A stretch of 64,000 nt of DNA from Eubacteriales bacterium (GTDB taxonomy: Bacteria; Bacillota; Clostridia; Oscillospirales; CAG-382). Where the stretch lies: contig JAZNMZ010000003.1 in assembly GCA_045580005.1 (NCBI GenBank), forward strand, positions 20,469 to 84,468. The letters run 5' to 3'. Made by a program: the position numbers and the translations under genes. Shown piece after piece: positions 39,748 to 48,513 of the stretch. A model generated the notes under the pieces. That model was given only the letters and a program-made list of their open reading frames with translations. It did no database searches and was not told where the DNA came from. Each line of letters opens with the position of its first letter. Position 1 is the first letter of the stretch.

Positions 39748-40479
39748 TTACATCGCAAAGAAAGCGAGCGCCACCGCCAGCGGATTTATGGCTGCGAACC
39801 ACTTATAAATATATGTAGCGGCTATGATATCGTCGTTGATTACAATTCCTGTGCTCTCAAGGAAAGGTGTTGCCGCAGAAACGAGCATGATAAGAACAAA
39901 CACCAAAAGGGAAGCAACAACAACTCCTGCAACACCGCCGAGCAAAGAATTGAACTGGCTGATAATGGGCGCGGAAGCCACAAGGTTAAGTATCTTCATC
40001 ACAAGCCACAGCACAATGCTTGCCACAATAAAAACTGCAATAAAAGCAACTGCTGTCGCAAGAGCTGAGCATATAGGTGTGATTATGTGCTCAGCAAGAT
40101 CTCCTGCCGCCTCTGTGCTGCTCTGCGCGAGCGATTCCTCAACATTGCCCATAAATTTCTCGAAGCTCAGACCTATCTTTGACAAAAGCTCGTCAAGCTT
40201 TTCCTTATTCTCGGCAATGGCGCTTGACAAATCAAGATTTTCCGACGCAATATAATCGATAAACCTTTCTTTAAGATCTGTTTCGGTATTCTTATAAAAC
40301 TGCGTTGCCTTGATTATAGCCGCCACAGGCTTTGCAAAAATAAAAGCACAGACTGCAGACACCGCAAACTTCAAAAAGCTGTAGGCCGTCTTTATAAAAC
40401 CTTTCTTTATACCGAGTATTACATTGACTGCAATAATAAGAACAATTATGGCGTCAAGTATAATTGCTGTTGTATTCAT
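39748..40479 (-). CDS. cvpA: CvpA-family membrane protein
   Basis: MNTTAIILDAIIVLIIAVNVILGIKKGFIKT is a typical CvpA N-terminus. The ATG at 40479 follows an AAGGAAGG RBS and lies after the upstream stop (track start overlaps the upstream gene). Confidence 0.7.
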   Translation of the reverse strand: MNTTAIILDAIIVLIIAVNVILGIKKGFIKTAYSFLKFAVSAVCAFIFAKPVAAIIKATQFYKNTETDLKERFIDYIASENLDLSSAIAENKEKLDELLSKIGLSFEKFMGNVEESLAQSSTEAAGDLAEHIITPICSALATAVAFIAVFIVASIVLWLVMKILNLVASAPIISQFNSLLGGVAGVVVASLLVFVLIMLVSAATPFLESTGIVINDDIIAATYIYKWFAAINPLAVALAFFAM

Positions 40480-40495
40480 AGTTTGTAGCCTTCCT

Positions 40496-41716
40496 TTACT
40501 CTTGTTTTTCGCCGTTTTCTCCGGCGGGTTCATAATTTATTTTTTGTTTTAAGGCTCCGCCCGACGAAACAAGAACATACTCGTCTGCGCCGCCTGAAAA
40601 TACCTTTTTATACTCGCCGTCTGCCGCAATATCCGAAATACTGTTTTCGGTTATCACGCCGCCCGAGTATTTGAATGCCCTAAGCAGAAAATGCTCGAGA
40701 ATAAATATATCCCCGTCCTTGTGCGAGATGTTGAATATCTCTGACTTGTGCCGGGTGGTCAGAAGCTCTTTCCCCTGATAGTCATAAAATCTTGCCACCA
40801 TGTCAACGCCTGTCTCGGCAGTTTTGAGTCCAACAGCAAAGAAGTCGCGGAATCTGTAAACGCTCTTCAAGGTATCAAGTCCGAAGTCTGCCTCTCCCGT
40901 TTTCTCTCCGCTTTTGTTGAAATAGTGAATACCGCAGTCTGTCACAAGTGAGAACTTTCCGTCTGAGCACAAAAGCGACAGCGGCATCTGTCCGAAAATC
41001 TCGAGCGTCTGCGGCGGCTCCTCGGTCGAAATATCAAAAAAGAGAATCTTGCTGTAATAATCTCCGCCATGAGAGCCTGTCGTAGCGCATACAACAGTGT
41101 CGCCCGACGAATCAAGCGCAATATCGGTGATGGTCATATCCCTGCTCATAAAGCTGTAGCTCTTGTGAAAGTTGCTGTCGTATACCACAAAGCCACTTGA
41201 GTAGCTTTTTTCTTTTGTTATAACGACAAAGCTGCCGTCGGTATCGAGATAAATATATTCTATTTCGGTATCAAGCTCTTTTTCGGCAATTTTTGAAAAA
41301 GAGTTGTAAATAGATATATTCTTTCCGTACATATCATATATCATAAAATACTTGTCGTTGCTGACAGATACGGGATTCACATAGCTAAGACTATCCGAAA
41401 AGAGCTTTCTGCCCGAAAAGTCATATGAGCTGACTCTGCCGTCGTCAAACACGCACAGCTTGTCACCGAGCAGAGAAAACTGCGCGTCCTCGCCGACAGA
41501 AAAGCTGACGCTCCTGTCGCCCAACGAAAACTCGGGCGGCTGAATGTCGATATACCGTAAAAGATATCTGAAATTATCCACGGTTATCTCTTCTCTGTAC
41601 ACCGTCATCGAAAAAATTATAAATATTACAAGTATGACAAGGACCATATATCTTGCAGCCTTGAGGTAGCCTGCCGCTTTTCGGTAATATTCCCTGTCGC
41701 TCGTCTTATATGACAT
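40496..41716 (-). CDS. Hypothetical membrane-anchored protein with repeat-rich (beta-propeller-like) ectodomain
   Basis: 406 aa. One TM (YMVLVILVIFIIFSM) after a basic N-terminus. GGAGGA RBS. Confidence 0.55.
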   Translation of the reverse strand: MSYKTSDREYYRKAAGYLKAARYMVLVILVIFIIFSMTVYREEITVDNFRYLLRYIDIQPPEFSLGDRSVSFSVGEDAQFSLLGDKLCVFDDGRVSSYDFSGRKLFSDSLSYVNPVSVSNDKYFMIYDMYGKNISIYNSFSKIAEKELDTEIEYIYLDTDGSFVVITKEKSYSSGFVVYDSNFHKSYSFMSRDMTITDIALDSSGDTVVCATTGSHGGDYYSKILFFDISTEEPPQTLEIFGQMPLSLLCSDGKFSLVTDCGIHYFNKSGEKTGEADFGLDTLKSVYRFRDFFAVGLKTAETGVDMVARFYDYQGKELLTTRHKSEIFNISHKDGDIFILEHFLLRAFKYSGGVITENSISDIAADGEYKKVFSGGADEYVLVSSGGALKQKINYEPAGENGEKQE

Positions 41717-41743
41717 TTTTTCCTCCGATAAGTACTTTTGGTT

Positions 41744-42475
41744 TTAATAAAAAACCTCGTTCAAATAAAGTCCGCAGGCAGGAGCCGTAGGGCCTGCAAA
41801 GCTCCGGTCTTTTTTAAGTATGATATCGCTTACGCTCATTTTGAGCTTGTCTTCGTTTGCGGCAAGATAGGTACCTGCAATAATGCGAACCATATTATAA
41901 AGAAATCCGTCTGCCTTTATCCTTATCTCAGCAAGCTCGCCGTCGCGCGTGATACGGCAATATTCCACGGTTCTCACAGTGTCGTCGGCTACCGACGAGC
42001 CGCTCGCCATAAAAGAGCGGAAATCGTGTCTGCCGCAAATCTGCTCACCAACATGGGATATTCTTTCTATATCAAGCTCTTTGGGATAAAAATGCGCCTT
42101 TGACACAAGATGCGGATTCATATATCTTGCATTCCATATCCTATATACATATTCTTTTCCCACGCAGGAGTATCTTGCGTGGAAGCTGTCGTCCTTTGTA
42201 AAAACCTCTTTTACGGCAATATCGCAGGGTAAAATACTGTTGAGTGCCAAAAAAATTTTTTCTTCCGAAAGACAGAGCTGCTCATCAAGATGGCAGATAT
42301 AGTTGTTGGCGCTCACGCCTGCATCGGTCCTACTGCAGCCTGTGACATTGGGTCTGTGACCGATAAGCTTTTCAAGAGCGTCCTGAAGTGTGCCCTGCAC
42401 TGTCGCGGCGTTCGGCTGTACCTGCCAGCCGTGGTAGTTCTTGCCGTCAAAGGTGATTTTGAGACAGGTTTTCAT
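41744..42475 (-). CDS. truA: tRNA pseudouridine(38-40) synthase
   Basis: KITFDGKNYHGWQVQPN...GCSRTDAGVSA catalytic Asp motif. Follows ecfT, as is usual in Firmicutes. Confidence 0.9.
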   Translation of the reverse strand: MKTCLKITFDGKNYHGWQVQPNAATVQGTLQDALEKLIGHRPNVTGCSRTDAGVSANNYICHLDEQLCLSEEKIFLALNSILPCDIAVKEVFTKDDSFHARYSCVGKEYVYRIWNARYMNPHLVSKAHFYPKELDIERISHVGEQICGRHDFRSFMASGSSVADDTVRTVEYCRITRDGELAEIRIKADGFLYNMVRIIAGTYLAANEDKLKMSVSDIILKKDRSFAGPTAPACGLYLNEVFY

Positions 42476-43290
42476 ATTATCCTCGCAAAAACTGTGTTAA
42501 GATATATTACCGCACAAAGAATGACAACAATACCTGCAAGTGCTGCCCAGTCGGCCATGCTGCTTTTTAGCACCTTGAGTCTTGTGCGTCCCGCTCCGCC
42601 GTTGTAAAGGCGGCACTCCATCGCCGAGGCAAGCTCGTCTGCCCGTCTGAAAGACGAGATAAAAAGAGGTATCAGTATCGGGACAAAAGCCTTCGCTCTC
42701 TTGAGCAGGCTTCCTGTTTCAAAGTCGGCGCCCCTTGCTTTCTGCGCGCTTATAATCTTCTCGGTTTCCTCGATAAGAGTCGGTATAAAGCGAAGCGCTA
42801 TCGACATCATCATGGCGAACTCATGCGTGGGTATGCCTATCTTTGAAAGAGGGCTTGTGAGCCTCTCTATGGCATCGGTAAGAGCCATGGGCGAGGTTGT
42901 ATAGGTGAGGAGCACAAAAGCTCCAGTGACAAGCAAAATGATTCTCAATGCCATCAAAAGAGCAAATCTTATACCCTCAAGGTAAATGTCTATAACCCAG
43001 AAAGACACAAGCAGCGTTTCTCCTCCTGTGAAAAGTACATTCATAATCGCTGTGAAAATAAGAATAAAAAGCACAGGCTTCATGCTCTTTAGGATTATGC
43101 GCGGATTTATCTTTGAAACGGCTATAAGAGCGAGCGCCATAACAGTCACAAGCGCAAACGACGCATAGCTTGCCGCGCAGAAAATTGTGACTATATAAAA
43201 TATTGCAAAAACTATCTTAAATCTCGGATCAAGCTTGTGAACAAAAGAATCTCCGGGGAAAAACTGTCCGAGGGAAATATCGCCTAACAT
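42472..43290 (-). CDS. ecfT: ECF transporter transmembrane (T) component
   Basis: LDPRFKI start region, conserved ARG coupling motifs (AQKARGADF), multi-TM. Overlaps both neighbours. Confidence 0.9.
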   Translation of the reverse strand: MLGDISLGQFFPGDSFVHKLDPRFKIVFAIFYIVTIFCAASYASFALVTVMALALIAVSKINPRIILKSMKPVLFILIFTAIMNVLFTGGETLLVSFWVIDIYLEGIRFALLMALRIILLVTGAFVLLTYTTSPMALTDAIERLTSPLSKIGIPTHEFAMMMSIALRFIPTLIEETEKIISAQKARGADFETGSLLKRAKAFVPILIPLFISSFRRADELASAMECRLYNGGAGRTRLKVLKSSMADWAALAGIVVILCAVIYLNTVFARII

Positions 43291-44147
43291 CAGTTTCCTC
43301 CTTTTTTTGCAACAAGCTGTTTGAGCATACCGTACGCCTCATCGACAGTAAAGACCGAGCCGGGAACAGAAACGCCCATACTGCGCAGCTTATTCATAAG
43401 GCTTGTGACCTGAGGGGTGTCAAGTCCCGAAGAAATAAGCTCGTCGTAATGCGAGAAGACCTCGCCGGGTGTGCCAGATGCAAGAAGTTTGCCGTGTGAA
43501 AGTGCGATGATTCTGTCAGAAAACTCAGCAACATCCTCCATGCTGTGAGAGATGATGACAACAGATTTTCCGTCTGCTTTTTTATACTGAGAGAGTCTGC
43601 CGAGTATCTCTCTGCGTCCTCTCGGATCAAGACCTGCCGCCGGCTCATCGAGCACAAGCGTATCGGGATTCATTGCCACAACGCCTGCTATGGCAACGCG
43701 TCTTTTCTGTCCTCCCGACAGGTCAAAGGGTGATTTTTGCAAAAGCTCCCGGGATATTCCCGTAAACTCTGCCGCAAGCAGCACTCTCTGCCTCACTTCG
43801 CTCTCGGAAAGTCCCATATTGCGCGGACCGAAAGCGATGTCTTTTTCGACAGTTTCCTCAAACAGCTGGTACTCGGGATACTGAAAAACAAGTCCCACCT
43901 TGAATCTTGTGCTGTAGGAGGTTTGCTTCGACTCATTTATATCAACTCCGTTGAGCAAAACTCTACCCTGTGAGGGTTTCAGCAGTGCGTTCATCATCTG
44001 GGCAACAGTAGACTTGCCCGAGCCGGTGTGACCGATAATGCCCGTGACAAGACCGTCTTCAATTTTGAAAGAAAGATTGTGTACGGCAGTCTTTTCAAAA
44101 GGGGTGTTCTTGCCGTATACATATGATACATCAGAAAATTCTATCAT
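43290..44147 (-). CDS. ecfA2: ECF transporter ATPase A2
   Basis: GHTGSGKST Walker A, LSGGQKRRVAIAG signature, 285 aa. Confidence 0.9.
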   Translation of the reverse strand: MIEFSDVSYVYGKNTPFEKTAVHNLSFKIEDGLVTGIIGHTGSGKSTVAQMMNALLKPSQGRVLLNGVDINESKQTSYSTRFKVGLVFQYPEYQLFEETVEKDIAFGPRNMGLSESEVRQRVLLAAEFTGISRELLQKSPFDLSGGQKRRVAIAGVVAMNPDTLVLDEPAAGLDPRGRREILGRLSQYKKADGKSVVIISHSMEDVAEFSDRIIALSHGKLLASGTPGEVFSHYDELISSGLDTPQVTSLMNKLRSMGVSVPGSVFTVDEAYGMLKQLVAKKGGN

Positions 44148-44171
44148 TTTGTCTGTTTTCCCAAATTGTCC

Positions 44172-45029
44172 TTACTTTTTGTTGATACTGTCAAAAATTG
44201 CCCTTGCCGCCTCGTCCTCGTCAAGCACCGTCATTTCGATATCGGCGCCGTCGTCATAAAGGCGTCTTACAAGCTCGGTTGACTGAGGGACCTCGAGTCC
44301 CACCTGTTCAAGGCGCGCCTTTTGTGCGAAAACCTCGCGCGGTGTGCCGTCAAGGATAACTCTGCCATCGTCCATTACCACAATTCTGTCGGCGCACGCC
44401 GCCTCATTCATATAATGAGTGATGAGAATCACGGTGATACCAAGCTCGTTTTTCATCTTGTATATGGTGTTGATTACATCTTTTCTGCCGCGTGGGTCAA
44501 GCATAGCCGTTGACTCGTCAAATATGACGCACTCGGGCTGCATGGCAAGTATGCCTGCGATTGCTACTCTCTGCTTCTGTCCTCCCGACAGCTTGTGGGT
44601 ATCGTGGGAGGCGTATTCCGAAAGCCCCACCGACTCGAGAGCCTCGTCAACCCTTTTTCTTATCTCGGCTGACGGCACTCCCATATTCTCGGGAGCAAAA
44701 GCTACATCCTCCTCAACAACGCTTGCAACAAGCTGGTTGTCGGGATTCTGAAACACCATTCCCACACAGCCTCTCATCGAAAAGATATCCTCGTCGTTGT
44801 CCGAGCAAAGAGTTCTATTCAGTTTTTCACTTGTAACAAAAACTTTGCCTGACTCGGGCTCGAGCACGCCGCAAAGGAGCTTTGCAAGGGTTGATTTGCC
44901 CGAACCGTTATGTCCGATAATTGCGGTAAACACGCCCTTTTCAAACTCGATATCAAGGTCGTGAAGCACCGCAAACTCATCGTCGTCATAGGTAAAGCAG
45001 AGCTTTTCGGTTTTTATAATAGTGTTCAT
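44172..45029 (-). CDS. ecfA1: ECF transporter ATPase A1
   Basis: GHNGSGKST Walker A, LSGGQKQRVAIAG signature, 285 aa. Confidence 0.9.
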   Translation of the reverse strand: MNTIIKTEKLCFTYDDDEFAVLHDLDIEFEKGVFTAIIGHNGSGKSTLAKLLCGVLEPESGKVFVTSEKLNRTLCSDNDEDIFSMRGCVGMVFQNPDNQLVASVVEEDVAFAPENMGVPSAEIRKRVDEALESVGLSEYASHDTHKLSGGQKQRVAIAGILAMQPECVIFDESTAMLDPRGRKDVINTIYKMKNELGITVILITHYMNEAACADRIVVMDDGRVILDGTPREVFAQKARLEQVGLEVPQSTELVRRLYDDGADIEMTVLDEDEAARAIFDSINKK

Positions 45030-45044
45030 CTTTTTCCTTTTATT

Positions 45045-45932
45045 TTACTTCTGCCAGCGAGCGGAAGAGCCTGCAGGAAGACTGCTGCCTGTCTGAGTAA
45101 CAGGTAAGCCTATTTCGTCGGCGCTGACATTTCCGCCGTACTTTTTCTTAAAATGAAGCTCAAGAAGATATCCGACCGTCGATGCCGAAAGTCCTGTGGT
45201 ATAGGAATTTATAAGTACAAACAGGGGATTGTCGGAAATAACCTTTGAGCAGAGCTCGACAAGCCTGTCTATATCTTCCTCAAGCTTCCAGAGCTCGCCC
45301 GACGGACCTCTGCCGTAGGAAGGCGGGTCCATGATAAGTGCGTCGTATTTTCTGCCTCGCCTTATTTCTCGCTCAAGGAACTTGATGCAGTCGTCGACAA
45401 TATATCTTATTGGTGCGTCAGCAAGCCCTGACAGTGCGGCATTTTCCTTTGCCCAGGAAACTATGCCCTTTGACGCGTCGACATGGCAGACCTTTGCCCC
45501 CGCAAGGGCACTCGCTACAGTTGCGCCGCCTGTGTAGGCAAAAAGATTGAGGACATTTATTTCCCTGCCGGTATCTTTTATCTCCCGTGAGATTTTATCC
45601 TGTATGAAATCCCAATTGACAGCCTGCTCGGGGAAAACTCCCGTATGCTTGAATCCTGTCGGGCGCACGCAGAATTTCATATTTCCGTAAGAGATATTCC
45701 ATCCCTTGTCAAGAAGTCCTGACGGAAGATTTTTTATATCCCAGCTGCCGCCGCCCTTTGATGAGCGGATATAGCGAGCCGAGTATTTATTCCAGCTTTT
45801 GTGATTTTTTTGATTCTTCCAGATTACCTGCGGATCGGGACGGACAAGAATAATATCCCCCCAGCGCTCAAGGCGCTCGCCGTCCGAGGTATCAAGAAGC
45901 TCGTAGTCGAGCCAGTTCTTTGACTGCCACAT
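45045..45932 (-). CDS. Class I SAM-dependent methyltransferase (RlmI/YwbD-like catalytic core, no PUA domain)
   Basis: LNLFAYTGGATVA SAM-binding motif and DPPSYGRG motif. Confidence 0.65.
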   Translation of the reverse strand: MWQSKNWLDYELLDTSDGERLERWGDIILVRPDPQVIWKNQKNHKSWNKYSARYIRSSKGGGSWDIKNLPSGLLDKGWNISYGNMKFCVRPTGFKHTGVFPEQAVNWDFIQDKISREIKDTGREINVLNLFAYTGGATVASALAGAKVCHVDASKGIVSWAKENAALSGLADAPIRYIVDDCIKFLEREIRRGRKYDALIMDPPSYGRGPSGELWKLEEDIDRLVELCSKVISDNPLFVLINSYTTGLSASTVGYLLELHFKKKYGGNVSADEIGLPVTQTGSSLPAGSSARWQK

Positions 45933-45956
45933 AAAATGCTTTTCTCCTTAGTGTGC

Positions 45957-48020
45957 TTATACATCGGCAAGATCGATATATTCGGCGCCGTGCTGTGCGA
46001 TGTAGTTCTTTCTTGATACAATATCGTCGCCGAGAAGTGTGTTGAACATTGCAAGAGTTACATCCTCATCCTCGGGAGTAATTCTTATAAGCCTTCTTGT
46101 CTCGGGCGCCATAGTTGTCTTTGCCATCATTTCAGCGTCGTTCTCGCCAAGACCCTTTGAGCGCTGAATTGTATATTTGTTGTCACCAATTTTGGCTAAA
46201 ATGTCGCGTTTTTCGTTTTCGTTGTAGGCAAACTCAATGCCGCCTTTCCATGTTATCTCATAAAGGGGCGACTCGGCAATATATATCCTACCCTCTCGGA
46301 TAAGCGTGGGCAAAAGCCTATATATCATTGTAAGTATAAGCGTTCTTATCTGATATCCGTCCTCGTCGGCATCGGTACAGATGACAATCTTGTTCCACCG
46401 CAGGGCATTCAGGTCAAACTGTGCAAGGTCTGTCTTGCCCTTTTTGCGGATTTCAACACCGCAGCCGATAACCTTAAGCAGATCAACGATAATCTCACTT
46501 GCAAATATCTTGTCGTATCCGCTCTTAAGACAGTTGAGTGTCTTTCCTCGAACGGGAATTACTGCCTGATACTCGGCGTCACGCGCGAGCTTTACAGAAC
46601 CGAGCGCAGAATCACCCTCCACGATATATAGCTCTCTGCGCGTGGCGTCCTTGCTGCGGCAGTTTACAAACTTTTCTACTCTGTTGGCAATGTCGAGATT
46701 TGTCGACAGCTTCTTTTTGAGATTTACTCTTGCGCTCTCGGCATTTTCTCTCGAGCGCTTGTTAATAAGAACCTGCTTCGCGACTCTCTCCGCTTCCTTC
46801 GGTCTTTCGGCAAAGAACACCTCAAGGCTGTGCAGGAAGAACTCTGTCATCGCGTCGGCAATAAACTTGTTTGTAATCGCCTTTTTCGTCTGATTGGCGT
46901 AGGAAGTCCTTGTCGAATGTGAATTTGTAATGAGGATAAGCGAATCCTCGATGTCGCCAAATGTGATTTTACTCTCTGTTTTCGTGTATTTTCCGTTATT
47001 TTTAAGATATGTGTCAAATGCCTTTACAAAAGCACTTCTCGCCGCCTTATCGGGTGAGCCGCCATGCTCAAGAAAGCTCGAGTTGTGAAAATATTCTATC
47101 CTGTTGATGCTGTTTGAAAAGCAGAACACCGCTTCCATCTTGAGCTTGTAGTCGGGCATATCCGGTCTGTCTCTGCCCTGACGCTCTGCCCTGTTGTAAC
47201 AGGGGGTGGACAGTGCTCTGATATGCTCACGCTCGGAAACATCCTCGTTTTCCTCCTGAGGCTCTTCCGCCGTTTCCTCGGAAACAGTCGCTTCCTCGCC
47301 GTCTCCAAGCAGCTCACGCACATAGTCAACTATACCGTCTTTATAAAAATACCTTGATTCGGTAAAGCTGCCGTCTTCGTTCTCAAATTTTAGTGCAAGC
47401 GTAAGACCTGCATTTACCACAGCCTGCTTGCCCAAAACCTGTTCAAAATGCTCATAGGGGATATTGATGTCGGTAAAAACCTCAAGGTCGGGCTTCCATA
47501 CAATATGGGTACCGGTGCGCTTTTTGCTGTATTCTTCCCTGATAAGCTCGCCGTCAACCTCGCCTTTTTTGAAGTTGATTGTATACTTTGTACCCTTTGT
47601 ATAGCTTGTTACATGCATAAATTCGGAGCTGTACTGAGTAGCGCAGGCACCAAGTCCGTTAAGACCGAGAGAATACTCATAAGCCTCGCCGTCGTCGTTT
47701 GCATACTTACCGCCGGCATACAGCTCGCAGAAGACAAGCTCCCAGTTGTATCTCTGTTCTTTTTCGTTCCAGTCGAGCGGTACTCCTCTGCCAAAGTCCT
47801 CTACTTCGATAGTATGGTCCTTGTGTACCGTTACATTTATAAGATCACCGTGACCCTCGCGGGCTTCGTCTATTGAGTTGGAGACAATTTCAAAAAAAGA
47901 GTGCTCACAGCCCTCGAGTCCGTCAGAGCCGAAAATAACCGCAGGCCTTTTGCGCACACGGTCGGCGCCCTTGAGCATAGAGATACTGTCGTTGCCGTAT
48001 TCTGCTGCTTTTTTTGCCAT
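45957..48020 (-). CDS. Type IIA DNA topoisomerase subunit B (GyrB/ParE family, divergent)
   Basis: GHKL region (EIVSNSIDEA, GLNGLGA), QTK loop (YANQTKKAI), Toprim motifs (EGDSA, PVRGKTLN, DADEDG), SKGLGE tail. Acidic insert EEATVSEETAEEPQEENEDVSE. Confidence 0.85.
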   Translation of the reverse strand: MAKKAAEYGNDSISMLKGADRVRKRPAVIFGSDGLEGCEHSFFEIVSNSIDEAREGHGDLINVTVHKDHTIEVEDFGRGVPLDWNEKEQRYNWELVFCELYAGGKYANDDGEAYEYSLGLNGLGACATQYSSEFMHVTSYTKGTKYTINFKKGEVDGELIREEYSKKRTGTHIVWKPDLEVFTDINIPYEHFEQVLGKQAVVNAGLTLALKFENEDGSFTESRYFYKDGIVDYVRELLGDGEEATVSEETAEEPQEENEDVSEREHIRALSTPCYNRAERQGRDRPDMPDYKLKMEAVFCFSNSINRIEYFHNSSFLEHGGSPDKAARSAFVKAFDTYLKNNGKYTKTESKITFGDIEDSLILITNSHSTRTSYANQTKKAITNKFIADAMTEFFLHSLEVFFAERPKEAERVAKQVLINKRSRENAESARVNLKKKLSTNLDIANRVEKFVNCRSKDATRRELYIVEGDSALGSVKLARDAEYQAVIPVRGKTLNCLKSGYDKIFASEIIVDLLKVIGCGVEIRKKGKTDLAQFDLNALRWNKIVICTDADEDGYQIRTLILTMIYRLLPTLIREGRIYIAESPLYEITWKGGIEFAYNENEKRDILAKIGDNKYTIQRSKGLGENDAEMMAKTTMAPETRRLIRITPEDEDVTLAMFNTLLGDDIVSRKNYIAQHGAEYIDLADV

Positions 48021-48249
48021 TTTATACTCTCCTTTCGATGTATATTTTTGTGTCTAACTATCCATTATATTATAATCATTTTATTATATAATATTTTTGG
48101 CTTTTTTTCAAGTAAATTTTTATTAATTTATCCTTAATATTACATTTTTTTGCCTATATACAAGGCTTGTTCGCACCTATATGCAAAAACAAGGCAAAAA
48201 GACCTTTTAAGTTTACATAATCCGTGTTTTTGGAAACGAAAACAGGGAG

Positions 48250-48347
48250 TGTGGGTTTTGTGGGTAACTCAAAAAATTTCCCCTAAATCCGCATTTTTAG
48301 GGGTAAAAACGCCCTACTTACACACATTACCCACAAAGTTTCCCACA
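48250..48347. repeat. Inverted pair of tandem TGTGGG / CCCACA half-sites flanking a hairpin
   Basis: The left arm is TGTGGGTTTTGTGGGTAA at 48250-48267. The right arm is TTACCCACAAAGTTTCCCACA at 48327-48347. The central hairpin CCCCTAAA-8 nt-TTTAGGGG lies at 48280-48303. Confidence 0.6.
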
Positions 48348-48513
48348 TTTTGATGGCAAAATACGCAAATTATTGTGAGTACATTATGTAAATCAGACGC
48401 ACTTTTGTTCCCAAAAGAGCAGCATAAAAGGGGTGTGCAAAACTTCAGGGTTGCGGCATTTTTCAGCCTGCAACCCTATATTAAAACGCTATTAAATTTA
48501 GGTTTTCGCAAAA

